64,000 bases of DNA from NCBI RefSeq assembly GCF_009914755.1, contig NC_060932.1. One strand, given 5' to 3'. Of this stretch, positions 26,411-40,319 are shown piece after piece. Below the pieces are notes generated by a model, which ran no database searches, was not told where the DNA came from, and was given only the letters and a program-made list of their open reading frames with translations. Source of the DNA: the human T2T-CHM13v2.0 reference genome, Homo sapiens. The number at the start of each line of letters is the position of its first letter. Position 1 is the first letter of the stretch. The position numbers and the translations under genes were made by a program.

Positions 26411-27830
26411 ATTTCAGATCCCCCAGGGAAGCACTCTAATGCGGTGTATTTCCTGTTCTGACAGTGCCACATTTCCTCTCACCTCTGATTCTTTGGGTAC
26501 AGCATTCCCTCTGTCTGGGCACTCTTCTACCTTCTTGTCCTTCAAATATGAGCTTACAAATCAATTCCTTTTTTACTTTCTTCCAATCTTCCCTGTCCCA
26601 ACAAATTAGGGTAAGGACTCTTTCCTATATATTTTTATGCAACTCTACACCTCCCCCATCAGACTCCTTAAGGGTTAGGAATGTATCTTTGTCGTAATTC
26701 AACTTTCATCACCAAAACAGGGCTTGCAGCCTAGCCAGTTCTCAAGGACTGGGTGTTAAATGACTTAATTACTTTGTTAATGAAAACCCTGCTATGGCTT
26801 CCCCAGAAATCCATTGCACCTAGAAATACTTTAACTGGAGATACTTTACCTTGCTAAATCATACTATTCTATGGTTCTCAAGTCATTTTCCCACCCAAGA
26901 CAGGCTCCCTGGCTTGATGAACGGAACACCAGTACCATTCGCATGCTATAGGAATACTTGGATGCTGTCATTTCACAAAGTGATCTTTAGGAATAGAGCA
27001 ATTAATTAATACCCACCAGGGCTGCACATGCATAAAAGGCCACCAAATAAAGGTAATAAGTCCATTTACATCAAAACTGTCTTTTGGCCACCAACTGCAT
27101 GACTCAGTTTTTCATTTGGGGTTATTGAACTGAGTTTGAATTAAGAGTCCCAATAAGTCCATCCCAGAGGGAAATTTGCCACGGCCAATCCCCACAAGTG
27201 AACTCATGGACCTCCCACCCACTTCTGTTTTTAAAATGCTCTAAATATCTGTGATGTGCAAGACACCTTGCTCAGCTATTTCCTGCAACTGTCTGCGGGG
27301 GCAAAGAGGATAACTTAGCCCTAAAACAATGACTGTGTAAACATCAATCCAGGACCTTTAATAATAAGAAAATAATTCAAACCACTTTTTCACACAAAAT
27401 GAAACACATCCATTAACATTACTGACTTAAGAAGATCAAACAACCTCAAAATTAAATAAGTGACTAAATAATACTCAAATCTACAATTCCATCATTTCTC
27501 ACATTCCTCCTGCTTTTAAACTATGACTGCTTCATTACTGTTTTGTAAAAATGTCTTTAGTCATTGGAAACTCCATAAGTATTGTTGGCAAGAAGAATCA
27601 GGCAGCCTGTGCTTGCCCTTTATCATAACTGAAGATGAGAAATATGCACAGTTGACAATCCCATGACCAGCCTTCAACTGTCTCCCTACTTCCTGACAAA
27701 TCTGAGACCTTGCTCTCTCCCAAGCCTTTCTGCTCAACCACAATGTTCAGTACCTTCTTCCTGTCTCTTCAACACCTCCCATTAAAAAAACACTATCTTC
27801 ATTCCTACGTGGCTGTTTCTTATCTATACC

Positions 27831-27994
27831 CATGTTTCTCAAACTTTCATATGCTTTGGAATTGCCTGGAGATCTTGTGAAATGCAGATTCTAAATCTGG
27901 AGATCTAGGGTGGAGCCCAAGATTCTGCTCTTGTAAGTGCTTTCAGAGACTGCTGATGTGTCTTGGCCCTGGACCGTACTTTAAAGTAGCAAGG
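27831..27994. mobile_element. MER5A-type MITE
   Basis: tttctcaaactt...cctggagatcttgtgaaatgcagattct...gggtggagcccaagattctgc...gtagcaagg. Confidence 0.75.
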
Positions 27995-28409
27995 ACTCAG
28001 CACAGAATCCATCAATCCAAGTAGCTTCAGTACGTCTGCAAATTCTTGAAATTTTAAGTAAATGTTTATGTATATGGAATGTTCTAGGGAAAGAATTCAA
28101 ACTTCCATCAGCATCTCAAAGAATGCAAGAGTTAGGTGCAAGAGTTAGGAGCGATTGGCCAATGCTGCCACTGTTCTATTCCCAGGTATGTCAGATCACC
28201 TCCCACTCTCTCTTACTAGCTGCTCCAAAATCATTCATCAAGCAATCCCACAAGCAACTGATTTTCTTTAGCCAACCAGATCTACATTATTTGAAGTATC
28301 TGCTATGGTGGACATATTCATTTTAAGGTGCACCAGCCAAAAAAACAAAAACAAACAAACAAACAAAAAATGATGTTTGAAATGAATGACCCAGAAACAT
28401 AGGAGTTAA

Positions 28410-28625
28410 GACAACATGATGTTGGGCAAAGAAAATGATTCAGAGAAGCAGAAAGACCTGAGTTTGAATATTAGCTCTGTATCCACTTGACTCTAGGAAC
28501 TTCTATGAGTTAGTTGCTCTGTGTTTCAATTTCCTCTTCTGTAAATAAGACCTATTTGTAGGCCTTTTGTCAAGACAAAATAACAAGGACAAACTTCCCG
28601 GCACATAATGTTTACAGAATTAGTT
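28410..28625 (+). mobile_element. MIR
   Basis: agacctgagtttgaatattagctctg...tttcctcttctgtaaa. Confidence 0.65.
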
Positions 28626-28802
28626 AGTTACCAGTTCCTCTCCTCTCTATCGTAGAAGAAGAGGACAGATTAATTAAGATGTAAATTATTAATAAATAAC
28701 TTAAAAGTAAGCTGTGATAAATTAAGATCACACTAAAAGAAGTACCTTTTTAGACCTGAATTCTGAATAATAAGAAAAATATCTGGTTTTAGATGACATC
28801 TA

Positions 28803-29126
28803 GGCCAGGTGCGATGGCTCACGCCCGTAATCCCACTACTTTGGGAGGCCGAGGCAGATGAATCACTTGATGTCAGGAGTTCGAGACCAGCCTGGCCAAA
28901 GTGGTGAAACCCTGTCTCTACTAAAAATACAAAAATTAGCCAGGCATGATGGCACGTGCCTGTAGTCCCAGATACTTGGGAGGCTGAAGCAGGAGAATCA
29001 CTTAAACCAGGGAGATGGAGGTTTCAGTGATCCAAGATTGTGTCACTGCACTCCAGCCTGGGTGACAGAGCAAGACTCCATCTCAAAAATAATAATAATA
29101 AATAATAAAAATAAATAAATAAATAA
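28803..29126 (+). mobile_element. AluS (Sx/Sz-like)
   Basis: Full dimer with (AAT/AAAT)n tail. Confidence 0.93.
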
Positions 29127-32100
29127 CATTTCGATACGTTTTCTCTAGGACCTAAAATAGTCTAGGACTGAAAATTTTGGTGGAATTTTTAAGGGAAAAT
29201 AAGAAATTCTTATGCCACATTTCAACCTTTCCTGATTTGAGGAAATTGTGTGAGAAGAGCTTGCTATTCAAGAACTTGCAGCAAATATGTGTTCAATTAT
29301 AATACAGTGCTATAAAACTGGGAAAGTTAAAATTAGTTATTGACAGACTCTGGATAGGAAAAATGTTTTCTAGAGATAAAATGATTTCCAAGGTGAAGAA
29401 TCAGGCTTAGGGAGTTTTGATCTTAAGTCTTTCAAATACGACAATAAAAATGCCATTAGGTTTCTTATCATACAGCAATTTGGCCTTCATTAGCTCATTT
29501 TCATTGAAATTCAACACAGTTAATCACTGTAGGACTAATGTAAAAAGTCCCCCACTGCATGCTCATTGTGAAATTACACCTTTACTTGTTTGTCCCACAA
29601 AATTAAGTATTTACAAGATTTCATGGCCCCAACACAGGCATTTAGAAGCATACTTATTATCCTATCATATTCTATTTTAAAAAACTACTCGAAGAATTTG
29701 GAAGCAAAGCAATCTCTTTGGACAAATTTGTCAAATAATGAGAGTTCAAAGCTCTAGTTATCTCTTATTCTAAAACACTCCGTTATCCCTCAAGGATAAA
29801 TTTTTCCATTTCTGATAAGGTCCTCATCCAATCCAAATTATAAGCAAAGGAAGTCTTGGGAGCAACAGGGTTGGGGGAGATGTGTTTACTTATTTTTCCA
29901 TGTAACGCCATCAAAGAAATTTAAAGGAAGAAAGAACTCACCCTAAGGATATCTTCCAGAAGCAAAAATTCAGTAAGACATTTTCTTCATCCTCCTAAAA
30001 TACAACCTTTATCTCTGAGGAAATTGAACCAATACTCAAGATCCTACCTCTCAAAGCAATGTTTTTCCAAAAGAGTTGTCCTTATTCATCTAATATAAAT
30101 ATCATCTGTGGAGTCACTTTTTTATACCCCCAAGATTTACATTAAAGCTAGTTTAAAAATAATTTGCCATTTACATATGTTTTCACTAGATTGAAAGTCA
30201 AAAGCTCTTCAACCCTTGCCATTCCGGCAACAAAAGACAGAACCACATTATCTTAAGGTTTTACTCAGCAAGATAGAGAACGGAGCCTCTGAAGAGATAG
30301 GTTTCTCGTGCGAAGGGTTAAAAGAGGACACCAAACCACCCTCTGGAAGTCATTAAGTTACAAAGCCCCAAGAAGATAAAAGTTTCCATTTTCTAAAATG
30401 TAAATCAAAAACATATTCATTAGTATTGCAAAACAAACATGCAAATCTTCACCACTTGAAAAGCTCGGCTAAATATGTACAAGGGCTAAACCCAAAAATA
30501 CATCTGGTCCTCGGTTACAGAACTTGCTTTTTTGGTTTTATCTAAAGAGTTTGTCTGTCTTCCATGGTTGGCTTCTTGGATTATTGCAATTCATAATAAG
30601 CCTTTTAGCTAAGGATGAAATAAACAAAGATAAAGTCTATGTCCTAGTTTTAAATGGTCCAGATGGGATGATTTTTCCATATGTTTAGCACACCCACTGT
30701 TTATTAATCATTGCTAGCAGAGCTTAGAGAATTACTGGGTTTATTGCCTGGGCAAGGGCTGAAATTTACAGTTTGTATAATCTCTGCACACCTTTTTAAT
30801 ATTCCGTCCTTTCTGGATTGCCCTTTCTGCTTTATTCAGGTTGAGTGTGTGTCCAAATCCCTGTGTGTGTGTCTGTGTGTCTATGTGGGTGTGTGACTTA
30901 TTATAGGGCAGGGAATCTCAGCCAACTGATCAAGAGGAGGTTTTCGTGCCCAAATTTGGATACAATATCAGTCTGAAGGAATGTGTTACATCATAACAAT
31001 GACAATGTGGGTAAAACTGGCAATACTTGACTCACCACCCTTTACAGTGATTTACTTAGTGTCTGGCAATCTGTTTTTCATATGATGTTTGTTTCTCATA
31101 AACAGTTTCAACATGGGAGAGTATGGTGTCAAGATAACAGTCATATCATTCGTCATTGCAGAACATCTACGGGGCTTGCCAAGAAAATACGGTTCTTTTA
31201 TCCTGGGCTTCTTACAAGTCCTTGTGTTGTGGCGATTGTTTCTCATCAACGTGCTGTGTTGCTTTTTGAAACCTGACCATCATTGCCTCAGTTATGTTGT
31301 CATTGCAATTTATCATTAAGTGAGATGAAGTCCATGGAAGGGTCAGCAGGGGTAACAGTGGAGGAAAAGAGAGAGGAGGAAGTCCTGGGAGATGGTACAG
31401 CCGCAGAGACGGGAAAGCCTGAAGCAGTGAGCTAAGGAAACAACAGAGGCACCTTGATTGTTTCATTTCTGAAATGGATTCAGTCTTAGCTCGAGTGTGT
31501 TGTCTCCATTTTCATAAGTATACCAAGCCCTCCAGCATATTTTTAGTCATAAAATAGTTAAAACAACAATTTGAGGGGCAAAAAGGAGAAACCTCTGTCT
31601 TTTTATATCACCATCAGAATGCCACCCCATCAATCCGAGGGAATTCTGACAGAAGGCTTCCATATTTGGAACACCCCCTGAAACTTGGAAGGAGAAAAAA
31701 GGGGGGAAGATATTCTTTAAAATTTCTTTTAATAGAATTGGTTAAGACAGTTAATGCAGAAAATGTTCTATTAATCATGTATGCTTTTTATAGTATTTTT
31801 ACATGGTTTTTGAGATGTGGTTTTATATCTTCAGCAAATAGAAGAATGGAAGGCCTCCATAAAGCATAAGGATAGACAGCTGCGGGCACAGAAAACTGAA
31901 TATTCAGTCATTCAAAAAAAGGCTTTGAAATCACTCTGCTGGAGTCTTGCATACAATAATTGAGCTCTGGCCAAGCATCTTTTATGACATCCTACCCTAT
32001 GCTGTAGGCACATAACATTTGCCCTATAAAATAAAATATAGGATTTGTGTTCAGGAACTAGCATTTTTCAAACCAGTTACATAAAGGTGCAGCATTTAAC

Positions 32101-33122
32101 TCATGTCAGTGGACGGAAATGATCTAATTTGAATTTGAAATGTTAATTCTATGACCCAGATTTTGGTCAGATATTATGGGAAATCTACATATAGAATCTC
32201 CTTCTTCTGATAGCTCACCTTAGAATGTGTGCCCAGGAAAGCTGCTTCATTTAAAGCATTGTCATCAGATAAACTGGTACCCAGCTTCCTCCAAGATGAC
32301 AGACTAAGCCCACTTTCCAATTCAAAGGGGAAAAAAAAAATACATATATATATATATATATTAAAGTGACTAAACAAGAAAGAAAAATATTGTTTATTTC
32401 AGGGATCCAGTATATATAGAGTATATCTCAGAAGAAAACAAAATTGGACTTATCAGTTACAAAGTTCAGCCACCTTCTGAGAATGTCTTGCAGTGGAAAT
32501 GAAAAAGAAACTTCTAGAAGGTCAATATCAAGTGATCCTTAAAAGAACCGGCAATGCACATAGCAAACTGCTAAGTGGTAGGACTTAGCAGAAGAACATA
32601 GAAAAGGCAGGCCTCTTTCTAAAAATACGTTTCCCACCAAAACTGTCTCTTAGGCAGAGGAATGTCTTATCATCACTGAGTAGCAAATTCTAACCAATAT
32701 TATTGAGGGCTCTGTTTATAGTTTCTTATCCCCCAAAGTGATTGTGCATGTAGAGAGTTCCCTCAGAAAAACTGGATAATCAGAATAACTCAGCTTTTCT
32801 TTTTTCTTACTGAGCAATATAACAAAACCCAGAACTTACTCCAAGCAAGAGGAAATTTGGAAGGGACAGTGGTCCAAGCAACTAAATCACATAACTGGAT
32901 CAAAATGCTACCTGAAATAAACTCACAGTCTTTTCCTCAAAACTTAGATTTCCCCATCCCAATTTATGTTAATAAATACCCAAAGTCTCCCTGCTGTCCA
33001 AAACCTCTTAGTTCAAACATATGTTAGTCACCAAGTGGTACCCATTCTTCTTTCAAAATGTATATACTCTGTCATTCAGTTTTTTGCTTTTGTTCCCCAT
33101 TGTGCCATTCCAATTCTGCTCC

Positions 33123-33365
33123 AATTATTTTGGCTACGGGTCTATGGGATGGATTGCTAGGGAGAGACTAGAGACAAATGAAGGTGAAAATTTAAAAGGG
33201 TCTTGCAATAATCTAGGTAATGGTGATGCAATAATGGGGGTAGATGGTAAGGACTACCCTACCTAGATTATCTAGATTATTGCAAGAGCCTTCTAAATGT
33301 TTGCCTTCATTTGTTTCTAGTCTCTCACTAGCAATCCATTCTACAGACCACTAGCCAAAATAATT
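33123..33365. repeat. 99-bp inverted repeat with 45-nt spacer
   Basis: 33123-33221 vs reverse complement of 33267-33365: 86/99 identical, ungapped. Confidence 0.95.
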
Positions 33366-33760
33366 TTTCTAAGAAATCCTTTTCATTCTGTCACAATCCC
33401 TCTCAAAAGTGGCCAAATGTTTTCCACTGACTACAGGACCAAATACCAAACTTAAGCTGATGACATTGAAAGCCCATTGAAATCTAGCCTACTACCCTAC
33501 CAGCATTTGGCCTGATTACCTTTGATCATACCATATCAATTTCTTACCCTTAATCTCTCACTTCCCTTCTCTTTGCCTGTCCAAATCTCCCTAACTTCAG
33601 TTCTAGTTCAGGTCCTTTCTGCTCCACGAGGCCTTTCCCACTATCAAAGTGCACACTGATGTCTCCCTTCTCTGGACCACTAAAACTCAGCCTAAATGAC
33701 TATATTGTAAATACAGATACACAACCATGTGCTGCCTTGTACTATTAATAGTTTTATGTC

Positions 33761-34091
<331 letters not shown>

Positions 34092-36634
34092 TTACTTGAC
34101 TATATGCCCCTGAGAGACAAGGATCATTTCTAAAATGCACTGGTAACTGCCACACCGAGTACCCGTTTTATGCCAGACGCAATGTTAGGTACCTTCCCAG
34201 AGCTATGTCACTAATTCTAGGCTATAAACTCCATGGAGACATGTCTGCCTTGCTCCCACAGTGCCTGGCAAAATGAACAAGTAATATATAATTATCTGGG
34301 CTCCATTGCCTTGATCAACAATTAGCACCCAATTTTGAAAAGAATTTAAAAGCAACACAGAAAGTCCTAAGACATTTTGCAGAGTCACAGACAACGGTCA
34401 GAAAAAATACTCTGGTAGAATGAAAGTATTCCCTCCTATCCTCAGAATTGGCTCACCAATGTCATTGGTTCCTTTTGTGCTACATAAATGAACTTTTGTG
34501 ACACTTCATTATTTTACCATGATTTTCCACGGCTACACCCATGACTATCAGACATTTGTTAGGGCTTCCTGAGAGGACTGGCTAGAACTCTGTTTCTGAG
34601 TCATCATTTTTGTCACATAAAAATACCTGACTAGATTATACTATTTAATAATAGTTGTTTTCATTTTTGCACACTTTCAATCATTGAGTTAAATCTGGGA
34701 AGAAAGTAAGTTTCCCAAAACCATTTCTACTGCTTTACTCCTCACTTCTAGATTTTTATCCTTTTGTCTCAAAAGAACCCTGGAACCACTGTAGCAATAT
34801 AAGAATAGCCCATTGGAAACAGTCAAGCTGCTCTCTGACAGGCAAAATGAAATGAACGCAGATGCTCAATGCTCTTGTTGAATTAAAATGAAAGTCCAGA
34901 GATCTAGATGACCCAAATTGCATATCTACACAGGTAAGACTACCCAAATAAACCCCACCCAGCACTCTCCTTACATTTTTCAGAATCGAGAAAGCCACTG
35001 ATGCCAACTCAAATGAGAAATTATAAAGCCAAACTTGGCCCAGTAGGGAATTATATTTTATCCTACCACATTTTTACATTTGCATGCATGGCACCCTTCA
35101 AAGCCAGGAGTTTATATTTTCCCACCAAGGCTCAGCATGTGTGAAAAATGCTTTCCAAGAAAGGAAGACTGGCTAAGATGCAAATGCAAATGTGAATTTG
35201 TGGGCAAACATACGCAATTTAACCTGAACTGGGATCTTTCCTCCATGTCTTGGATAGACTTGATAATAACCCAAGTTTCCTCCAGACCAGAATCTTGAAC
35301 CTCAAAATCCAAAAAAATAATGGCACAAGGAGAGAATTGTTCAAAAAGCAAATGCATTTCTCAATAATGAATATAACATACAACTGGAGAAAAGTGGGGA
35401 GTGGGATTCGGCAGGAGATAATGTGCTCAAGGCTGGGAATTATTTGCTAGCTTATTCTTTCCATGAAAAGGATTATCTCTGTGGCTATGAATAAATTCCA
35501 AAGCCTCGGATTCCAAGGGATCTTTTTTCCTTAGAAAAGAGACAGTACTAGAATTCAGCTCTACTGCTTTCCAACTCGAAAAGGATTCTCAAAATAAAGA
35601 TATGTATACAGAGGGTCTTGTGCTAAAGGGGATAATCATATTTACCTACTGTTTTCTCTCCCCACTGTTCCAAAAAAAGAAAGTTTGCTGTAGGTTGTCA
35701 AATATGTATACGCAAGTTTAGGTTTTAGAGGATATACGCTTATAGCACATATCAGAGCCAGAGGAAGTAGCTTACCTAACCTGGAAGACAGAGAGGAAGT
35801 GGGGAAAGTTGCCACACTAATCTCCATCTTTCCTGGGTGCTGGACCTTGAACCACATTATCTCATCCCTGAGCAACTTAAGATGATTTATGTGCAACAGC
35901 ACTGACTCTTTCTTTTTGTGTCTTTGAAAATGAAAGAAAAAAGATCTCTACGAGAGATTATATGAAGATTTGAAATTTATTTAATGCATGGTTGTTTGCC
36001 TACATATGGCCTAGGCCTGTTTGGTACAATCTGCCAAGTATCTTCAAAGGTTCCCAGAAAACTCCCTAATTCGATTCCACTGCCCTGACTTTTCTGTATC
36101 ATTTTAATTGTTCCAATGAGATGTGAAATGCTGCGTAGTGAACAGCCTCAAGCACTGATAAACCAGCAATTTGCCAATCTGGATGTTAAAACCAAACAAG
36201 CAATACAGAGATAGTCCTTACTCCAAGCAGAATGTCTCTTCAGTGGTCATGTTGCTTTTAACTTTTTTGCAAGAAACATTTTATTTGGAGCAGCTTCAAT
36301 TGCTGAACATGAAAAATGACAAAAGCAGGCATTGGAGAGTAGTATTGTGCCCCCGGCTCAGGATCCTAAGAAGTAAGCAGACTTTTCTGCAGTGTGGTGC
36401 AGTGCCAATCCATGAAGAGGAAGCCAAAATCCTAAATGAAGGCTGAGCTCATAAAACTGTTCTTTCCCTTATCAAGATGAGGTCTTAGGCTCTCCGATTT
36501 CAAGGGTTTGCTTTGATTTTTCTTTTTCTTAGGCCGGCACAAGTAGCTCTCACATGGTTTGCCTTAGACATTAATTAATATGGGTAATGACTAACAATTC
36601 AAGTAGAAAAAAGCAAAATCAACTAGCAAATAGG

Positions 36635-36957
36635 AGCTATTTACTAAATATTCAGTATGTGCAAGGTACCAAGCTAGACGCTCAAAGAACACGAAAGAAT
36701 AGGCAATATGGCTCCATCCTGAGTTTCTCACAGGGCTTATTGAAGAGCAGAGATGAGAGATAACAATAAAATACAAGCTAAGTGTCAAAAATGGCCAGAC
36801 AAATCAGTGTTTTGGGAGTTGGAGACAGGCCTGGGTTGGATAAAAAAGGCTGAAGAAAACAAATGAGATTTGAGATGAGCCTAAGAAAGAAGAAAATTCA
36901 GACCAGTGGAAAAAAGGGAATGGACCTTCATGGCAACAGGTAAACAGGTACAAAAAG
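36635..36957 (-). mobile_element. L2 3' region
   Basis: atttactaaatattcagtatgtgcaaggtacc...gagatttgagatgagcct. Confidence 0.6.
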
Positions 36958-37111
36958 ATTCTTGCTGAATCTGACAATGTAATTATTAGAGCTTATATGT
37001 ATTTTTCTTTTTCCTAGGCCTAATTAAAAACTATTTAAATATTTCTGTTTATTAATGACCCTACAAAGGGAAGTAGGCTTTAAATAAATCAACAATTAGG
37101 TTGAGATTGAC

Positions 37112-37188
37112 CAAAGCTACATAAACAATTTTGCAGATATTAATGGGCCCTATCAAAGCCTAGTAAACAATTTTGCAGATATTAATGG
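37112..37188. repeat. 42-bp-period direct repeat with identical 25-bp core
   Basis: taaacaattttgcagatattaatgg at 37122-37146 and 37164-37188. Confidence 0.9.
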
Positions 37189-37230
37189 CTACTACTACAA
37201 ATATGAAAAGATACATATTAGTAATAAATA

Positions 37231-37590
<360 letters not shown>

Positions 37591-37679
37591 ATCACTAACA
37601 TGAAGAAATGTAGTGCTGTGTTGCACATTTGGTCTGAAACGTAGATTCTTTCAGACCCATGTTGAGGAGTAAATGTGGA

Positions 37680-37815
37680 AGTCTTCCTACTTGCTGACAA
37701 AGCTCTAGTGAGATCTTTGAAGACTGAGCCTGTGTCATTCAGCTCTGCATACTTAGTTCCTAACAAATTGTCTGGGATTATAGTAGATATTCAGTTAGTA
37801 CATGTTAAACTGAAC
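37680..37815 (+). mobile_element. L2 3' end
   Basis: cctgtgtcattcagctctgcat...tagtagatattcagttagtacatgtt. Confidence 0.5.
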
Positions 37816-38776
37816 TGGTCTAAATCTCATTTCAAGCTGATCAAAATATGGACATTTATGAGCTATAATTTCTCCAGTATTAATTGCTATAGAGTAGATT
37901 ATGCTTAGAATAACCTTAGAAAGTATTTTCTCACATCATTGGTTTTTAAATCCCCATTTTTGGCCATCATTATGAAACACGACTTTTTGGTCCACCCCAT
38001 CAATACCATCTCTTGACACCTCTCTCTGAGGTGTCAAGATTTGAAGGACTCTCTTTATCTTGCTTGGTCTCTAATGTGTTCCTTAAGTTCTTGCATAAGA
38101 GGAGCATAGTCCACACGATAAGGTGAAGCTGACCTCAGCATCATGACCTTCATTCATTAACAAAAAGAAAAACTTCAGCCATGAATTTGTGGTGCATTGT
38201 CAGGGTGGTACCAGCTTGGAGAGAGAGTGCACACAAATGAGTTCCAGTCTGTCTCTCAAAGCAGTAACAATTCACAATAGAAATGTTATAATGTTCTCAG
38301 GAGTAATTGAGCCAGTCAGAAATTAAAAAGAACTATGCGTACACAACATAATGAGCAGATTTATTAGAGGGAAATACACAGTTGAAGAGGGAATTACTGA
38401 GCCAGAGAAGAAACTATGGAAAAGATTGCCCAACACAATTTCAAGGTTTCACATCAACTCCTAGACAGGATTCTTGGTCTCCACAATACACAAGCATTCA
38501 AAACCTGGTTTGGGCTGCTCAGGTATTTTCTTTCATAAAAGAACTTGTAGATCCCAAGCCTACATGTGCTATCTGTTGAAATGTGGGTCCTGATAAATAT
38601 AAGAGGGTCAAAAGCCAAGCAGTAACTCATCTTAGCTCAAGTCAGTAGGCCTGTACTCATTGACCACTCTGAATTTCCATCTAGGTCTTTACTAAGCACA
38701 TTCGTGATAAATAATCCCAATTTTTTGACTTTTCTGGCACACATGTAAGACTGGTATAATTCAATTTCCTATCCCC

Positions 38777-38915
38777 CAAATATTTATTGAGATTGAGCAA
38801 GAACCATGTGCAGTATCAAAGCAGTGACTCCATTGCTAGGCACCATGGGTACAATCATGAATAAGTCTTTGTCCCTGCCCTCAAGATGCTCACTGTAACA
38901 GAAACAAACAAATCA
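38777..38915 (-). mobile_element. L2 3' end
   Basis: caaatatttattgag...tgctaggcacc...gtccctgccctcaagatgctcac. Confidence 0.65.
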
Positions 38916-40257
38916 AAGGTGATCTCTGTGGCTGTGGGCTTGCAATTGAAAGTAGAAGATGTTAGCTTAAACAGACACGCAAAAGAAAGCACAACAACCA
39001 CCCAACGAATCACGACAACATAAATGAACAAATGTCAAGGAAAGGTTGAGCCTTGGGGTCCAATAAACAAGTGTGATTATCTTGTGAGAAAATTGAGAAC
39101 AAACAGTGTAAAGGGGAGTGAGAGCTTGAGCAGGGAGGTGTTGAGACAGACTTACCCCCTCCCAGTCCTGTTTAGTCTTCAATGACTTTCCCACAGGTGT
39201 TCTTCTGCTGCCACTGGAAGAATAGAGGCAGCTGGGAGGCAGCCAGGAGGAATGTTCATCTTTGTCTTTGCAGCCACACCCAAACCCACAATGAGAGAAC
39301 TCCCAGGCAGAGGTGCCAACCCCAGACACAAAGGATAATGCAGCAGATACAGAAACAAGACGAGAGAGAGAGTAAGAAAAGAGCTGGTCAGACAGACAGG
39401 GCCAGTGCCATCTTTAACAAGGCTGAGGAACACCCAGTTCAGAGCTTCAGGGAGTGACTGTCATCAAGATTAAACCATCTCTGGGATGCTTTGCAAGATA
39501 GGAGGAACACTTATGCAACCACCTCTTCAATAGATAATGTTGATCCTCATTAAAACGGGAAAGCCATCTATACAATTTTGCAAACAGTTTCCTATAGCCA
39601 CCAGATCTTCCAAATGCACATGTGATCCTAAAATGTAAATGGTACTCAGTCACATAAAGGTAGCTTTCTCAACTCTCCCACTACGTCCCAGATCACTAGC
39701 TGAACAGAATACAAGCATCTGCCCTTAGCAAATGAACCTATCGTTCTTTTTAAGACTTCCATGGTAGACAAACAATTTGATATTCTCAAATATTTAGGTT
39801 ATTCTTCTTATTTGGCACTGCTGGCTTTTAAGCCTGGGGTTTCTGAACCAGTACTTGTGTCCATAACCAGATTAGTGCAAAGTTGGTTACCATAGAAGGA
39901 GGCCTTCATATGCCCAAGAGCCCCTCCACTGGGCCTGCCATTCTTTTCCTATTTGTCCCTATGAGAAGGAACAACAGATACCTTACTAAACCTCTCATCT
40001 CACTTACTTCCTCCTACTCTTTCCCTCACTACATGTCCCCAACTTCCCCAATCTCCTAAGGTGTCTTCCTTATTGCCATTTTTTTTCCTCAGAACTGGCA
40101 AAGGAAGACAGTACCAAGCTTAAGACTTGTTAATATGTTAGTTCTATCAGGGTATCAATTCAGTAAGCAACTATTTTATGTAAGTCCCCCAGCTAGGTGC
40201 TGTGAGCAACACCAAAAAAAAAAAAATTATCACAGACCATTCTCAATTTCCATCTGG

Positions 40258-40311
40258 GTTTTTAATGAGCACATTTAATGAGCACATTACTTAAATGTGC
40301 TCATTAAAAAC
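40258..40311. repeat. Perfect 21-bp inverted repeat with internal direct repeat
   Basis: gtttttaatgagcacatttaa (40258-40278) / ttaaatgtgctcattaaaaac (40291-40311). Confidence 0.95.
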
Positions 40312-40319
40312 ATTATAAG

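Noticed and set aside
34842-34933. Plus-strand acceptor/donor pair (ctctctgacag|G ... CAG|GTAAGA)
   Set aside because: Short pyrimidine tract; such pairs are common by chance. Not excluded, but unsupported.
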